Source of the DNA: Phoronis australis
Taxonomy: Eukaryota; Animalia; Phoronida
Assembly: GCA_002633005.1 (NCBI GenBank)
Contig: NMRA01000044.1
Coordinates: forward strand, 1,224,283-1,288,282
Reading direction: 5' to 3'
Length of the DNA stretch: 64,000 bases
In this document: one piece after another, positions 1 to 12,575 of the stretch
Position numbering within the stretch: position 1 is the first letter of the stretch
Layout: each line of letters starts with the position of its first letter
The notes under the pieces: model-generated
What the model saw: only the letters and a program-made list of their open reading frames with translations
What the model was told of the DNA's origin: nothing
The model's database searches: none
Made by a program: the position numbers and the translations under genes

Positions 1-19
1 TGTTTATGGAATTAATTTC

Positions 20-235
20 CCTATCGATATAGTTAATGTCTCTGTTACTAACTCTCTTTTGGTGTAGTTAATAAGTCTATCGATAGAAATAGTAACTGTA
101 GAGTTGTTATCTCTTTCGACAGACTAACTAACTCTATCGGTAGACCTACTGTAGCAACTCTATCGATGAAGTTATTAAATCTATTGGTAGAGTTAGTAAG
201 TCTGATGATAGAGTAATCAGTCTATCGGGAGAATT
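20..235. repeat. Degenerate ~20-bp minisatellite with palindromic core CTCTATCGATAGAG
   Basis: About ten variant units (ctatcgatag, ctctatcggtag, ctctatcgatg, ctattggtagag, ctatcgggag) separated by ttagtaa-like linkers; truncated by the window start. Confidence 0.7.
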
Positions 236-3200
236 AAGACAAGAGAAAAAAATCTCGTGCTAACCTTTTACAACCACCGTAAACAATAACTAAGCGTGCT
301 GGATAGCATTTAATCAACTGAAATACTGGTAGAGACGAGGTTTATTTCGGCCTCTTGAAATGACCTATATCATAGGAGCCCACGTGATGTGAGCAGACGA
401 CTGCTTCGCGGAATTTGATATCATCACAATTTTTCTTGAAAGCTGTAGTTTATTCCATAATTCAGTTCTTTCTAATTCATTTCTTTTTTCGCCTTCTTTG
501 AGATGTGACTCCTACAGAATGTAGCTTTCGAAAGAACGATTTGGTACTCGAATGCCATTGGCACATGTACAGTAGTTGATGGTAATTTATTGATTTATCC
601 AGTAAACCGCCATTTGAAGTCAAACTTTTGAAACCGTTCCGTTCTTTTAATCAAATGACAAACACTTGCTAATAATTACAAGTTATGTTTTTAATATCAC
701 CCGTGTTTCGTTTATAGTCTCACAACCATCTTCAGCACAGAAGAAGAGACAAAGCATTAACTAAACTGGCCATTCTAATCAGCCAACCAAGGGCCTAATT
801 AAACATTTTCCACAAGTAAGCACTAACTTATAGAACCGATGACTTTGTACATTCATACACAGTTAATGGCATAGGTGCTTAGGAGCTACGTACATGCATA
901 TATAGGATGTTCTAAAAGTAATGACATTCTAATTTGAAAGTGCAAGTATTTTCTATGGGTGCATAAACATTGATGAAATGACTTAAAACTACATTTGGGA
1001 AAAACTTGATGTTGTAAAACACGTTTCGTGAATTTTAGAATATGTGGGCTTTGTTCAGTTCTCGCGCTGACTGAAAACATGCAAGCAACTTTACATTTGT
1101 GTTTAATCTTTTGATTCATCTCGAAAATGCCCAGTCCCCAGCAGCCACACACTCGGTCGCTGGTTCCTCCTATGGCGTATGTGAGTTCTGCCTAAAGTTA
1201 CGATAGTTTTAACTTGTACTAGTTGCTTGATGGGTGGATTTGTTAGTCTAAAAAGCACGGCTGGTTTACACCAGTGACGTGGTACGGATTTGACATCGAT
1301 GAACAACGAATTTTCGTTGTTTTCTCCACAAAATTGCACTCCAACCAAGTTGAAGGGTATGATTGCTTGCACCCACGATGATATACAATGTATATTAGCT
1401 GATTTGCATAGTAATGGTTACAATACAACACGTGCATGGTAAACCAACATTAGGGCGCTTATTCAAATCGAGGATCATAAAATCGACCATCTTTGCAGTA
1501 ACAATTCAGATCGGAAAAGTACAAATTCAGTTTTGATATGTACACCTCCCAAAGTCCGCACCTTTGTATGTGTTTTCGAGAACAATTTAGAAATAGTGCA
1601 CGAGAGGAATACTAATCGTTACCAGCCACTTTCAAGCGAATCATTCTGTGCCCCCTCCAAACAGTTAAATCAGACTGCCGTTACTATTGGGGACATTCTG
1701 TACACGCAAAAACGCTCGTGCGCACTAGAAATCGTTTGGTTCTACCTAATTACCTCCAAACTATCTCTTTCCAATAAAAATCACATTACCTATGTTGTTC
1801 ACTGTATGCAGCTGAATGAGCGTACATGACATAATAATTTAACTTTCAGGAAAACGTTTATGAAAAAACGATCAAAATACGGTACCTACTAAGGCATGGG
1901 AGCGTAGCGTAGCGAAGGTCTTGTTACTAACACGGCACTGTGACTGAATAGACATTTGCTTAACCTTCAAGTATTTTGCAGAAGGCCTATCAAAAGTGTA
2001 TCTCGTAGTTAGTGCTGCACGGTACTAAAGTACCGGTGCAAGGCAATTATAATAATTAAGAAAATGCCAGCAAAATGCCGTTAGCAAAAGTACCGGGTTT
2101 TGTTGTCGGTGCTAGGCAAATTAGGTTACATTCGTTACTGGTATTCAGCCTTTTTTAGAACATTGGCGTGTCCTACGGCGAAAAGCCCACAAGTTTGTGC
2201 TCGAAGTCTGACAGTGTTCAGTTCGGTGAAAATGTGACTCACGTGAGCGTATTACGCGCAGGCATAAGGCTAACTTTTCGTACGTAAAGGATACAGAGTG
2301 TAGGGATCTGTGCTGCGTATTTGAATTCGTCATGATTGAAAATCTTTAGCATTCCACTACGAAGCGTGGTTTTACCTCTCTGCACATAGACTTGTCTGCA
2401 AGCCGTGCCTTAGCATATGATCTAGGGCTCGCTTCATTAAAAGAGATTTGAGGCTAGGTCATAAAAATTGCAATGAAATCGTTAGCACATAACATTATTG
2501 ACAGCTATCATTAATACAAATTATCTGAATAATTAAAAATCATGGGAATTTTCTCTGAGATTTTGTAAAGTACTTTGGTGAAGTGAGATCAAATTTATTT
2601 TTCGAAATAGTTGTGTGGTGCGTGAGGCTAAATTTCTGACTGACGTCTTGATTCACTTTCATAAACAGACCCTAGATGACATGCAGAATTGAATTAGACA
2701 TAAGAATTGTCTACTAATTACGCTCGAAGATTTCACTGATCGTTTTGAAAATATAAATTCCGAGTGTCAATCATCTTTTCTTATTTTCATTCTTCACATT
2801 ATTTCCCAGTGAGTGGATATAAATTTTAACGATGTAGTGTTAAATTCGTTACTCTTTAATCATCTTTTTGTTAGTTGTTACTTTTACAGAATTCACACAT
2901 AGAGTGCAGATACCACACCACATGGCCGCGCCTTCGGAAGTATTAATAAAAACACTGTTGAAATACCGTATCAATATTAAAGTATCACTGGCAATATTGG
3001 ATCGTGTCGATAATTTGTGCAACCCTGTGCATAATATAGACTATGATGGTTTCTAATATGCACGTGCGTAGTTGCATACATGGAAGCTACGCTCTTAACC
3101 ATGCACCTCTGTCTACATCAAAGGGCATGGAATTTTAGAAGAAGACGACAGTGGCATTAAATCTCATGGTAGATTACTCCCGTTCTCAAATACAGTTACT

Positions 3201-3385
3201 TTATACGTGGGGAGGAGTGTAGTGAAAGAAATAGGAGATCTGGGTCTTCTTTAGAAATTTGCGCTAAAGTAATTAATCAAAATTTGATGATAAGAGCAGA
3301 AGCGTGATGAAAGACTTTATAATTTGAGACAGTAATCTGGCAAGTAATGTGACTTTCAAACTGAAGAATGATTGACCACATGGCT

Positions 3386-3880
3386 GAGGTTTGCATATGC
3401 TGAGGTGACGTTCGCCTCCGAGGGGATTTGAGGCATCCGGAACACCTCGGGTATTTTGTAACCTCAACTATCCCTTTTAGCCGTTTAATATCTGCGCATG
3501 TGTGAACTTCATTAATAACAGAACGGGGTTTGTCAAGAAAAACCCGTAAAACCATGGTTTCAATCTAGTAGGTCTCAAAAATCGTACACGCGACGTCTTT
3601 CTCAATCTTAAGCCTGTTATCACAGGGAGATCCCGGCGCTTTCGACTGCGTTTTCCATTTTAAGAGACACATAACTTGATATTACGATGGAAGTTCAAAC
3701 ATGTGCAGATGTGTAACAAATCCGAAAGATAATTTGAGGCATTTGGAACACCTCGGGTAAGTTTTTCTAACATCAACTTAGCCCTGGAGACGACCTTTAT
3801 CTGCGCATGTGCGGAACTCAGTCATACGGGAACCCATATGGTAATTTGAGAATACGAAAATACCCGAGGTGTTCCCGATG
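3386..3880. mobile_element. Two ~125-bp MITE copies (3386-3510, 3690-3820) and an inverted partial third
   Basis: Shared atttgaggcat..ggaacacctcgggta and atctgcgcatgtg..gaact. Copy 2 has imperfect inverted ends. Inverted core tacccgaggtgttcc at 3861. Confidence 0.6.
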
Positions 3881-4850
3881 TAGGGTTCCGCGATGTATAC
3901 ATACGCGTCTTCATATTCTGTAAATATGGTAGATTTCCATGATTTGTTTTTATTTCTGTGAAACCAGATTGGATGATTAGTTTGCTAGATCGAAGAAATC
4001 TTGACTGAAAACAATCGGCCCACCCGAGGGAGCTAGGTCTTAAAAAAACTTGTCGCAACTTATGTAGCAAGCTGCCGAGGCCCAAACAGTTGCAGTTTCA
4101 AATTATGATAAAAGCAAGGTAGAGACTATTAATATGCTAAAATGCCGCTTCTGGCCTCAACCACGACAAAGCGTTACCAGGAGAAAAATAATTAACTTGC
4201 AGCATTTCAAGACTAGAATTATTTTTTTCTGACAGATGAGGAAACACTACACTTTACCGTTTTATTTTTCAAACATTCTTCTTAAAAGAAGGGTGAAGTG
4301 ACGGAAATTTGACCACGCGCTCACTAGGCAACTGGAATCCTCTAAAAGGTCGTAAGACAACATACCATGTGGTCGGCGACTCTATTTTGTACTTGCAAAG
4401 TCGAGAACACAATACGACTTGGATTTCTGGTATCTGATTGTTTTCTCGTCTTCGCTGACATGTCAACATTCTGAGGTTGAAAACTGAGGAGAGAAAATAA
4501 ACACAACGTCTGATTTAGAGGTCATATCTGGCTAAGTGGACTTGTATTTCTCTTTGTCTCTTAAGCAATTCGTGCTTTAGTCGGTTATTAGATTATGCAC
4601 AGGGTAACTAAAGATAGCATAAATTTTTAAAACTAAAATATACTCGTGGTAATTAAAGTAGGCTACAGGATACACTTAGAATGGGATTTGACAACATTTA
4701 TGCCTAAAAAGCCTCGTGTGCACTATCACACTCCGATTTTTCGAATATCACTTCGCATACGATTGCCATATACACCTGATCGAAGACAAATGTTCCGACA
4801 CGACTTTTCAGGCAAAGCAGACACATACCACCATACACGACAGTCTGATA

Positions 4851-5253
4851 TGAAGCGCCAAAGGGTTCTTAAACGGGCACCTTTCCGTGCGCGTTGAAAT
4901 GTGCTTAATCAAGGCGCAGTTTTGCTTAATCAACGCGTAGTTTTACTTGATCAGCGTAGTGTGAAACATACGAGTAAATTTAACAGGGCCATCATTTACG
5001 TGGTCACTTAATAAGAATCTACAACATACTTAACAAAAGTTGCCTTGCACCTACGTAGAAAGTTTTCCGCCATTTTAAGAATTCAGAGCAAGGGCGCGAT
5101 TAGATTATATGAACTGACTCAAAGTACGCGTTGATTAAGTAAAACTATGTGTTGATTAAGTAAAATCGGGCGTTGATTAAGCAAAACTACGCGTTGATTA
5201 AGCACATTTCTACGCCCAGAAAGGTTCTCGTTTGAGAACCCTTTGGCGCTTCA
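4851..5253. mobile_element. Foldback MITE with long TIRs containing 21-bp tandem subrepeats
   Basis: tgaagcgccaaagggttct... / ...agaaccctttggcgcttca. Arms carry (cttaatcaacgcgtagtttt[ag])n and its reverse complement. TA on the left flank. Confidence 0.85.
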
Positions 5254-8200
5254 GCTGAGTGAGTGGGCAACGGTCCAAAAGTTGTATACAAAAATAGTAA
5301 AGTATAGACGGGGCTTAAGAAACAAGAATTATTCGCGCGAATGATAAGTGGTAGGGTTGGTTTACATTGTAAACGGATTCACAAATGTCGCTGAACCCTT
5401 TTGGAATCTGGGTTCCACTGCAGATTATTACCATTGGGAAGCCTTTTTTATTTGATCTATTATTCAAAACCGACAGGTCCGCTTTAGATTGCTACAGGAA
5501 ACTTGTTGGGTGTTTTGACGCATGGTTTAATTTCTTACATGATCAGTAAATACGTATGCCTTGGCGATTCAGTTTAACAGGGCTTTGGCGCCTCTGACGC
5601 CTGGTGCGAGGCGTCGCACACTCTCCCGTGGATTCTCACTGCTGTGAATCTAAGAGACAACAGTTCCGTTCATTAGCAATGCGGATATTAATCTCGTTTG
5701 TAATTATACCGAGCAAATATGATAACGTCACTACAGTCGCCATAACTAATATTACCCATCCATGAAAATATAATAGTTTCCAATGTAACGGTCATTTGCT
5801 ATTGTGTGTCAAATGTGACATGTGGTGAGAGTAGGTATAACGGTTCCAGCTATCACTGCCAGTATTTACCTATTGTGCAGATCAGACGAATCCATGAGCC
5901 GCCTTCAACGATGTATTGGCATGCTCCTAACTATGCTAACGAATAGCAGGAACTAAACGACAACGCTATTTGAACATCATCTACGCAAAACAAAGTGCAA
6001 TAGTATTCACTGACAACTTGTAAAATGTGGAAACAAAAAATTCTGTAAAGAGGTGACCTTTGCACTAATGACGTACCTTGGGGGCTCACTTAGCCCGTAT
6101 CACAATGCAGTGGTATTCCCTAACACCACCATGACGTCACGGTAGCTTAGTGGACACGGCAGAGTAATTCACGAAGGCTCATTTTCGACAAGAAACTCGT
6201 TCTTAAAAACATTTCGCAAATTTTCAACGTACTTCATACTCACATCGTCGCTGTATCTTGTGTTTCTAACTAATTTGACCAAGCAATCACCAAGATAAGG
6301 AATTAGCGTGCAAGATCCACTTTAAAAGGATCAGATTTGTAATAAAATTCAATTTTCAAGATACCGAGGCATCCAGCGAGAAACGCGATGAAATAGCATC
6401 TAAATCGAATCGAGTGCTCTCTGAGATTTAAAGTTCATTTGAGCAATCATAATTGATTCTCTTGGAGTCAACAAAACGAGCGTGCATGATTAGCACAGTA
6501 CTTTCCAAATGGCTGTCGCTATGAGTGAACTTGCGTGTAACGGTAACATCCTATCATCAATGTTTAGTTCAAGCAAAAACAATAAAAGACAAAACTGAGA
6601 TTTGTAAAATTACCCTATAAAGCAATATCACAACCCCGTGAACAGATGATTGAGTGACCAAACAAATACGACAGCAACGCCCAACTGTAAGCAAATGACA
6701 TTACGGTGTAAGCTTTTTTATCCTCTAATAGCACTCAGAGACCTCAGCGTAACCAATCTTTCTCTCTCATGAATCCCAGGACCGGGAGTTACCTGAACTA
6801 CCAGCGTTCTTTTCACACCAAGCACAGTTCTATTCTTATTAATTTATTTCATTTCTCACACACCACCATTTTACAGATACATTTTTTCGCAAATCGCAGT
6901 TTTTCTTTTGACCGTTGTTATTTACAGTTAATTACTACACCGGCTGCTCTGCAATCAACAGGAGGTGACACCGGCTCGACCTCAACGCGCAGGGCTCATC
7001 AAGAACTGACAAACGATATGTCGTAGAAATCGAAAACATTTTGTGAGTCCGCTACAAAAACGGAATCGAAAAACTTCCGAGAAATGAAAGCTGGTAAAAG
7101 GAATTGCATTTGATGCCCGATATTACAAGATAATGTCACATTTTTCGTCCGAAAATACCCCATGTGATTACGTGTGGAGATAAACCCGACTGGATATTAA
7201 CTAACACACGTAAATGAGCTTCGCTCTACATGTTTTGTGCTTAGACGTCACTGTGAACATACAAACGCATTGAATGTAACTTGACATAGATTCCATTGAA
7301 AAAGTACCCGGCTGCAACAACATGACGGCGTTTGAAAGCCATTAAAGATACACAAGTAAGCCTACATGCAGCGACACCTTTAAAAATCTCTAAAGTGGGT
7401 CTTTTAATTAATGACAAGTTCGCTTTTCCAGAATTCATTTAAAGCATTTGAGATAGAATTTCTTGCTACAATTTCTTTTGTTGTACCAATGTTTTGACTT
7501 GATGTCCATTTTTCACCTTTGACTAAATCGTTGAATTTGGTCCTGGTCACAGTAAAACACATATTTTTCTTATACGACAAATCCATTTGTTTGTTAATGA
7601 TAATATTCAAAACTGATCCAAAGACGAACCTTACATGAAAGTGTATGATTAGGAATCCCTTAGTCTGAGATAACTGATCATTCGAAGATCAAACGAAGGC
7701 AAATAACGTGACATGCAATCGTTTTGAGTCATATACGTCCGTTTTAATTTACTGTTTGTAAAATACGAGAAATAACCACAGGATAAATTCAAACGGTGTA
7801 CAACATGGAACCACTGACGTGGATCGTTGAACCCAGCCCAATAGTCATTCGGCAATAAAGTGAGAGCCATTTACAAATGCAGAGCTCCATTTTACGAAAG
7901 TCATGCGCTTCGTACGGATAAATGGAAATCAAGGGATTGTGGGCCAGCAAAACCTCTGTGCAGCAGACGAATTTTCTGGTCACGTGGGGTGCGTTCTTGT
8001 AGACCCGAAACACTGGCAATTGAAGCTAGTATGATCGCATGCTTAGCTTATAATGCATGGCGGTATCTCGCAAAAATGTGCGAGTTCTTTTCTCTCAAGA
8101 AATTTGCTCTGCAGAGGGTAGTCCTAGTGAGGTGGCGAACCAAAATTCGTCGCGCTAGGCAAATATAAAACGGTGAAAGCTATATTCAAATGACTAGCAA

Positions 8201-10215
8201 TGAAAATTGGTTTAGCTATATCGTTTTAACTTAAAAATGCGTTTTGTTCGCACAAGTTTGATACCGCTAAAACGCTTTAACGATGTCGTACGAAATGTAT
8301 TAGCGGCGTGTATTTGTGCAGTCCAACATTCGGCAGACCCTTTCAGGGTTAATGCGTTGTCGACGCTTGTGTTTGACGTGTTAAAACGCTCCAGCTAAAA
8401 CTCTTTGTTTTTGCAACAAATTTAAAACGTTTTCGCTTAAAACAGTCTTGCTAATCGTAGACTATAGGACATGAACAGTCAACTGTACATTCTAAATGCA
8501 CACAATCTGAGATGCGCACAGGGTCGACCACATCGACATCACTATTCACTAGGGGCGCCTACTAGTGTTATGAACCTTTCACTTCCGGCAATAACGTCTG
8601 CTCACTAAACTTGTCAAATCAGTCTTACATTTGCTTGATTTTACACCACATTGCATGGTATGGTGAGAGAGGACAAAAACCGCCCTCTATGACAATTAAG
8701 ACTCGTTTAATTTCCTTTTGGCTCAAGACTCTGAGGGGTCACAATACGAAATTCCCGTATACAAAGTAAAAAAATTACTACTAATAGTTCACTATTATAC
8801 TAATTATGAATTTATTTCCAAATGGATCTACAGTGTTCAAAGAGTATTATCAGAAAGTGGTTTCATCTATATTTGACTGACTCACGGTCAAGACTTAGAC
8901 GAGAAATCTCAATACCTTACAAAGTTAGTTTTCCGAAATGTCCACAGAAACCACCGGCAATAGTCTGATACAACGTGCCATTGTCTGACATAACGTGTCC
9001 GAATTTTGAGAACCAGTTTGATGCCTGTTATTCAGTGGAGAAAACTGGTTCTCAAAATTCCGGCACGTTACATCAGACCATTACCAAAACCACCTTCCAT
9101 TACTACTGCTTATTTAAAACGGAATTTCATATGGAGAAAAAGCTTTTTATTATTGACAGCTATTACAGAATAACTTATTGTAAATTTAGATGTAAAACGT
9201 TTCGCCTACTTGTGAACAAAGACAAGTTTGCAAGCTGTCCAGTTGAGGACATCCATTGGTGACGAGAATCATCATACCTTAGTCTGCTATCATTTCTATG
9301 CAGGCAGAACATCACTTGTAATCGAATGATATTTTACAACCTACACGAAATCAGCAGAGTGCTTTTGTCTCATTTTTTCAGTTTCACGGAGTTGGCAAAC
9401 TCAAATGCTTTGTACAATTTGTCTACTCACAACATCTGAAAAATACAGTCTACCCCATTCAAGTGAAACATTATAACTAAGTCTTGTTAAAAGAGCAGTT
9501 TGAATATTGCCGTTGTAGACCACTTTTTGATCTTCCTTGGCCCCTTTAGATAGTTCTGCGGAATAAATATTCTCGGAATTACGTACGAAAAACGAAAACA
9601 CATTTTTGGGGATTACTGTACTGTGAGATAGACTTCTTGAAGTTATTAGCTTTGACCAGAGATAGAAGATAACATAATCCGTTGTGTTTTTGAGACTTTA
9701 TTACAAATCGCCATTTCTCGCTGTTACGTGTCAGACATTCGCTGAAATCAGTATTAATTAGTGTCTTCACCTTCTAAATGCGCTTAAAATATAGAGACAT
9801 TTAACGAGTGGGATTTTATTCAATGACACACCGTTAGGGTGCGACTTACGAGGTGCTGAGTTCGATTCCACACTGCAGCTTGTTTCAGAAAAAAAATGTC
9901 GCCAATAATGTCCTTTTAACAAAAATATTATAGTAGTTTCTTGTGCTAACAGACTTTATGTATGTAGTTAGATGATTTTCGTCAGAGAGTGATGTACATT
10001 GCAGTACTTTTAATGGTTGTTCGTTATATAAGTATTCGACTTATTCTTTTGTATTACAAATTATTAAATGCCCCATTATTGTCACCATCTTTATGTCTTT
10101 TTTATTTTATTCCTAGTTAATAATTAGTCATTTGTTTCCGTCCGGTGTGTCTAGCTACAACCAATCAATATGTTTTGAGCTTGTCTCAAATGTATTCTAC
10201 CTCAAGCCATATAAC

Positions 10216-11186
10216 TGTACGTTATTGTTTCACTTGGTTTAGTAGGCTGCATTTAAGCATAATATATACTCTCACACTCCAGTTGCGGGGAAGGTCGTAA
10301 TTTTCATATACTGTTACACATTGTGACATAATTGTATTCACTGAGACTGTTACAGCTATTGGTAATGTTACTAAACGGAGGTTGAGTTGTGCATTGGAAG
10401 CGAGTGGCACAGCATGTGGGAATTACATAAGTGTCAGAATATAGACTGACACTGCTTTTAGTTGGATTGTTTTGTTTGGTAATCTTGTTTGATTAGCCCC
10501 TGAGTTACGTACAATGATGATGTAATTTGTTTACTACAGAATAGTATGGAACTTTCTAGTAGATCGAGTTCGGTAGTGACGATGTAATTTGTTTACTGCA
10601 GTATAGTGTGGAACTTTCTAGAAGACTCTAGCATGACAGTGATCAATGCAGTCTGGAATATTCTAGAGACTAGTAAATGTTTGTAGAATGATTGGGTAGA
10701 TTCGGGAAAGTTCTAGAATGTGCTTGAATTGATGTAAAGTTCCAGAACAATGCATTAGGCTATAAATACACAAGCACGGGTTAGTGTTAGTCAGATCAAG
10801 TCAGTTCAAGAGAAGATCAAGTCCGTTAATCGGTGAGTTCAAGAAAGTTAATTAGGAGATTACAGTTTAGTTGCAGTGAAGAGAATCAGCAGTTACAGCG
10901 ATAGTCAATAGAGAGCCAGCTATAGAGACAGCAGGTTATTGAATCAACGAGTGTCGCAGTTGCTGAACGTGTCTCAGAAGTTCATCACAAGTCAAGGCTT
11001 CGCAGCATTGGCTGGAGCATAAACAGACATTACGTCGGACATTTTGTTTGAGTAGGTTTGTGAACGTACGGTCGGGATTAATAAAGGATTAACTCGAACC
11101 AGTCTTCAGTCAATCGTCGCACCGAAAGCTATTAGCACCGGTCTGTAACAACCTGCGCCCACCCACACACGGAGAAAAACGTTACA
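10216..11186 (+). mobile_element. Solo LTR (~970 bp), Gypsy or BEL/Pao type
   Basis: Begins TGTACGTT, ends AACGTTACA (TG...CA imperfect inverted termini), flanked by ATAAC/ATAAG (5-bp TSD, one mismatch). TATAAATA at 10761 and AATAAA near 11080. Confidence 0.75.
10549..10806 (+). promoter_or_regulatory. Heat-shock element array + TATA + Inr-like motif inside the LTR
   Basis: GAActTTCtaGAA at 10611-10623; TTCggGAAagTTCtaGAA at 10701-10718; GAAtaTTC at 10656; GAActTTC at 10549; TTCcaGAA at 10740; TATAAATA at 10761; TTAGTC at 10787 and TCAGTT at 10801. Confidence 0.7.
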
Positions 11187-12437
11187 ATAAGAATTATCGG
11201 AGGTGCATATCTGCTGGCTATTATCCACAGCAACACCTTTTTCTAGATGCGTGAATTGATTTAGGATAAAAAGTACCGTTAAAACGGTTAAAAGGATATC
11301 AAACCCGGGTTTCGACTTGAGAACGGAAATTAACAAGGACTTTCCCATTAAGCCCTCTAAAGCAAAACAATGCTCTGCAACTCCGTAAAAAATCTCCTAA
11401 ACGGGCAAGTTACAAGACACTTGTAGGGAAAGATCACCCACCAAGAACCATAATATCCATTCTACTACTGATGTGTTTTAATTGAATGCTGCTTTTATTG
11501 CATCAATGAGTGGGACACCGATAGTGCATTAGCAAGGAAGAGAACGAGAGTTGGTTGAAATCACCTAAATAGGACTTAATATCATTTTGGTCCCAAACGC
11601 TCAAAGTAGAAAACACTTGCAGATGCCTTGTTCTGACACTGCTTGTTTAGAAATAAGGCGTTTTCTCGTTTTCTCACTTCCAATGTCTAATGCAAAAGAA
11701 GAAATGCAAAGTGTTATTACTGGGAAATTAACGGAAATATCGAGGATATGGCTTTCCTTTTTCTGATGTGCCTTACTTTCTTGAAAGGTACAGGCAGCGC
11801 CACCATTGAAAACCGTTGTTTCGGTTCATGTTTTGTTCTTTGCTGAAGCGGCCAAACGTTCCTAAGCAACAGCGTATAGTAAAATCAAACAATATGAAAG
11901 TAGCATGTGTAGGAAATATGGAGGGGGCATAAGGGATATGTCTAGACGGTGACTGGGCTATTCAGACCTCGGGGTAACAGATAGCAAATCCCACAATACG
12001 GCTTAGACCGTAGATGAGGGTTTTAGAATGAATGATATATTCCCTGCTTCTTACGAGAGTGTATCTAGGGGCGACCTGATCCCACACCCACTTCCCTGTT
12101 CCCCCTTTTCCCGAAATTGGTGCTGTCTTATTGCCGGATTTCCTTTACCGTACGCTGTTGCTTACAACAATTAGACACGATACCCAGGCCGCTTTCAATA
12201 CATGTTTTATCAGTTTATCGTCCTTTTTACTACTTTTTAACTATTTCATTACCTCGAACAGCATTTTAGTGCTTTATATCGTTTTACAAGCATTCTTAAG
12301 TTAATATGATACCACCATGGCCTGAAAGGAATCTCCCAATTACGATAACGGGGAGATTCATAATCACTGCCGCTAACTTGATTCATTCCATTTTGATGTT
12401 TTCGGTTTCGGGTTGATTTTTATTAACACCGAGTAGG

Positions 12438-12575
12438 ATTGGCTTAGAAGACTGTACGACATGCTTCTAATATCTGTCTAAAATTGATTGACAGGTAGGT
12501 GACGACGGGCGCTAAATTAATAGTTATATTTACTTAAACGCTTCGGTTAGAACTTAAACCATCGTTGATTGACAG
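12438..12575 (+). promoter_or_regulatory. Two PBX:PREP/MEIS decamer motifs with an inverted CCAAT box
   Basis: TGATTGACAG at 12485-12494 and 12566-12575; ATTGG at 12438. Confidence 0.4.

Noticed and set aside
1245-1380. Plus-strand peptide KHGWFTPVTWYGFDIDEQRIFVVFSTKL, faintly like a DIRS/RT 'WLGF.ID' segment
   Set aside because: Too short, with no supporting motifs nearby.
7241-8019. Run of minus-strand ORFs, including an HRL-like motif
   Set aside because: No coherent frame, splice pattern or recognisable family.
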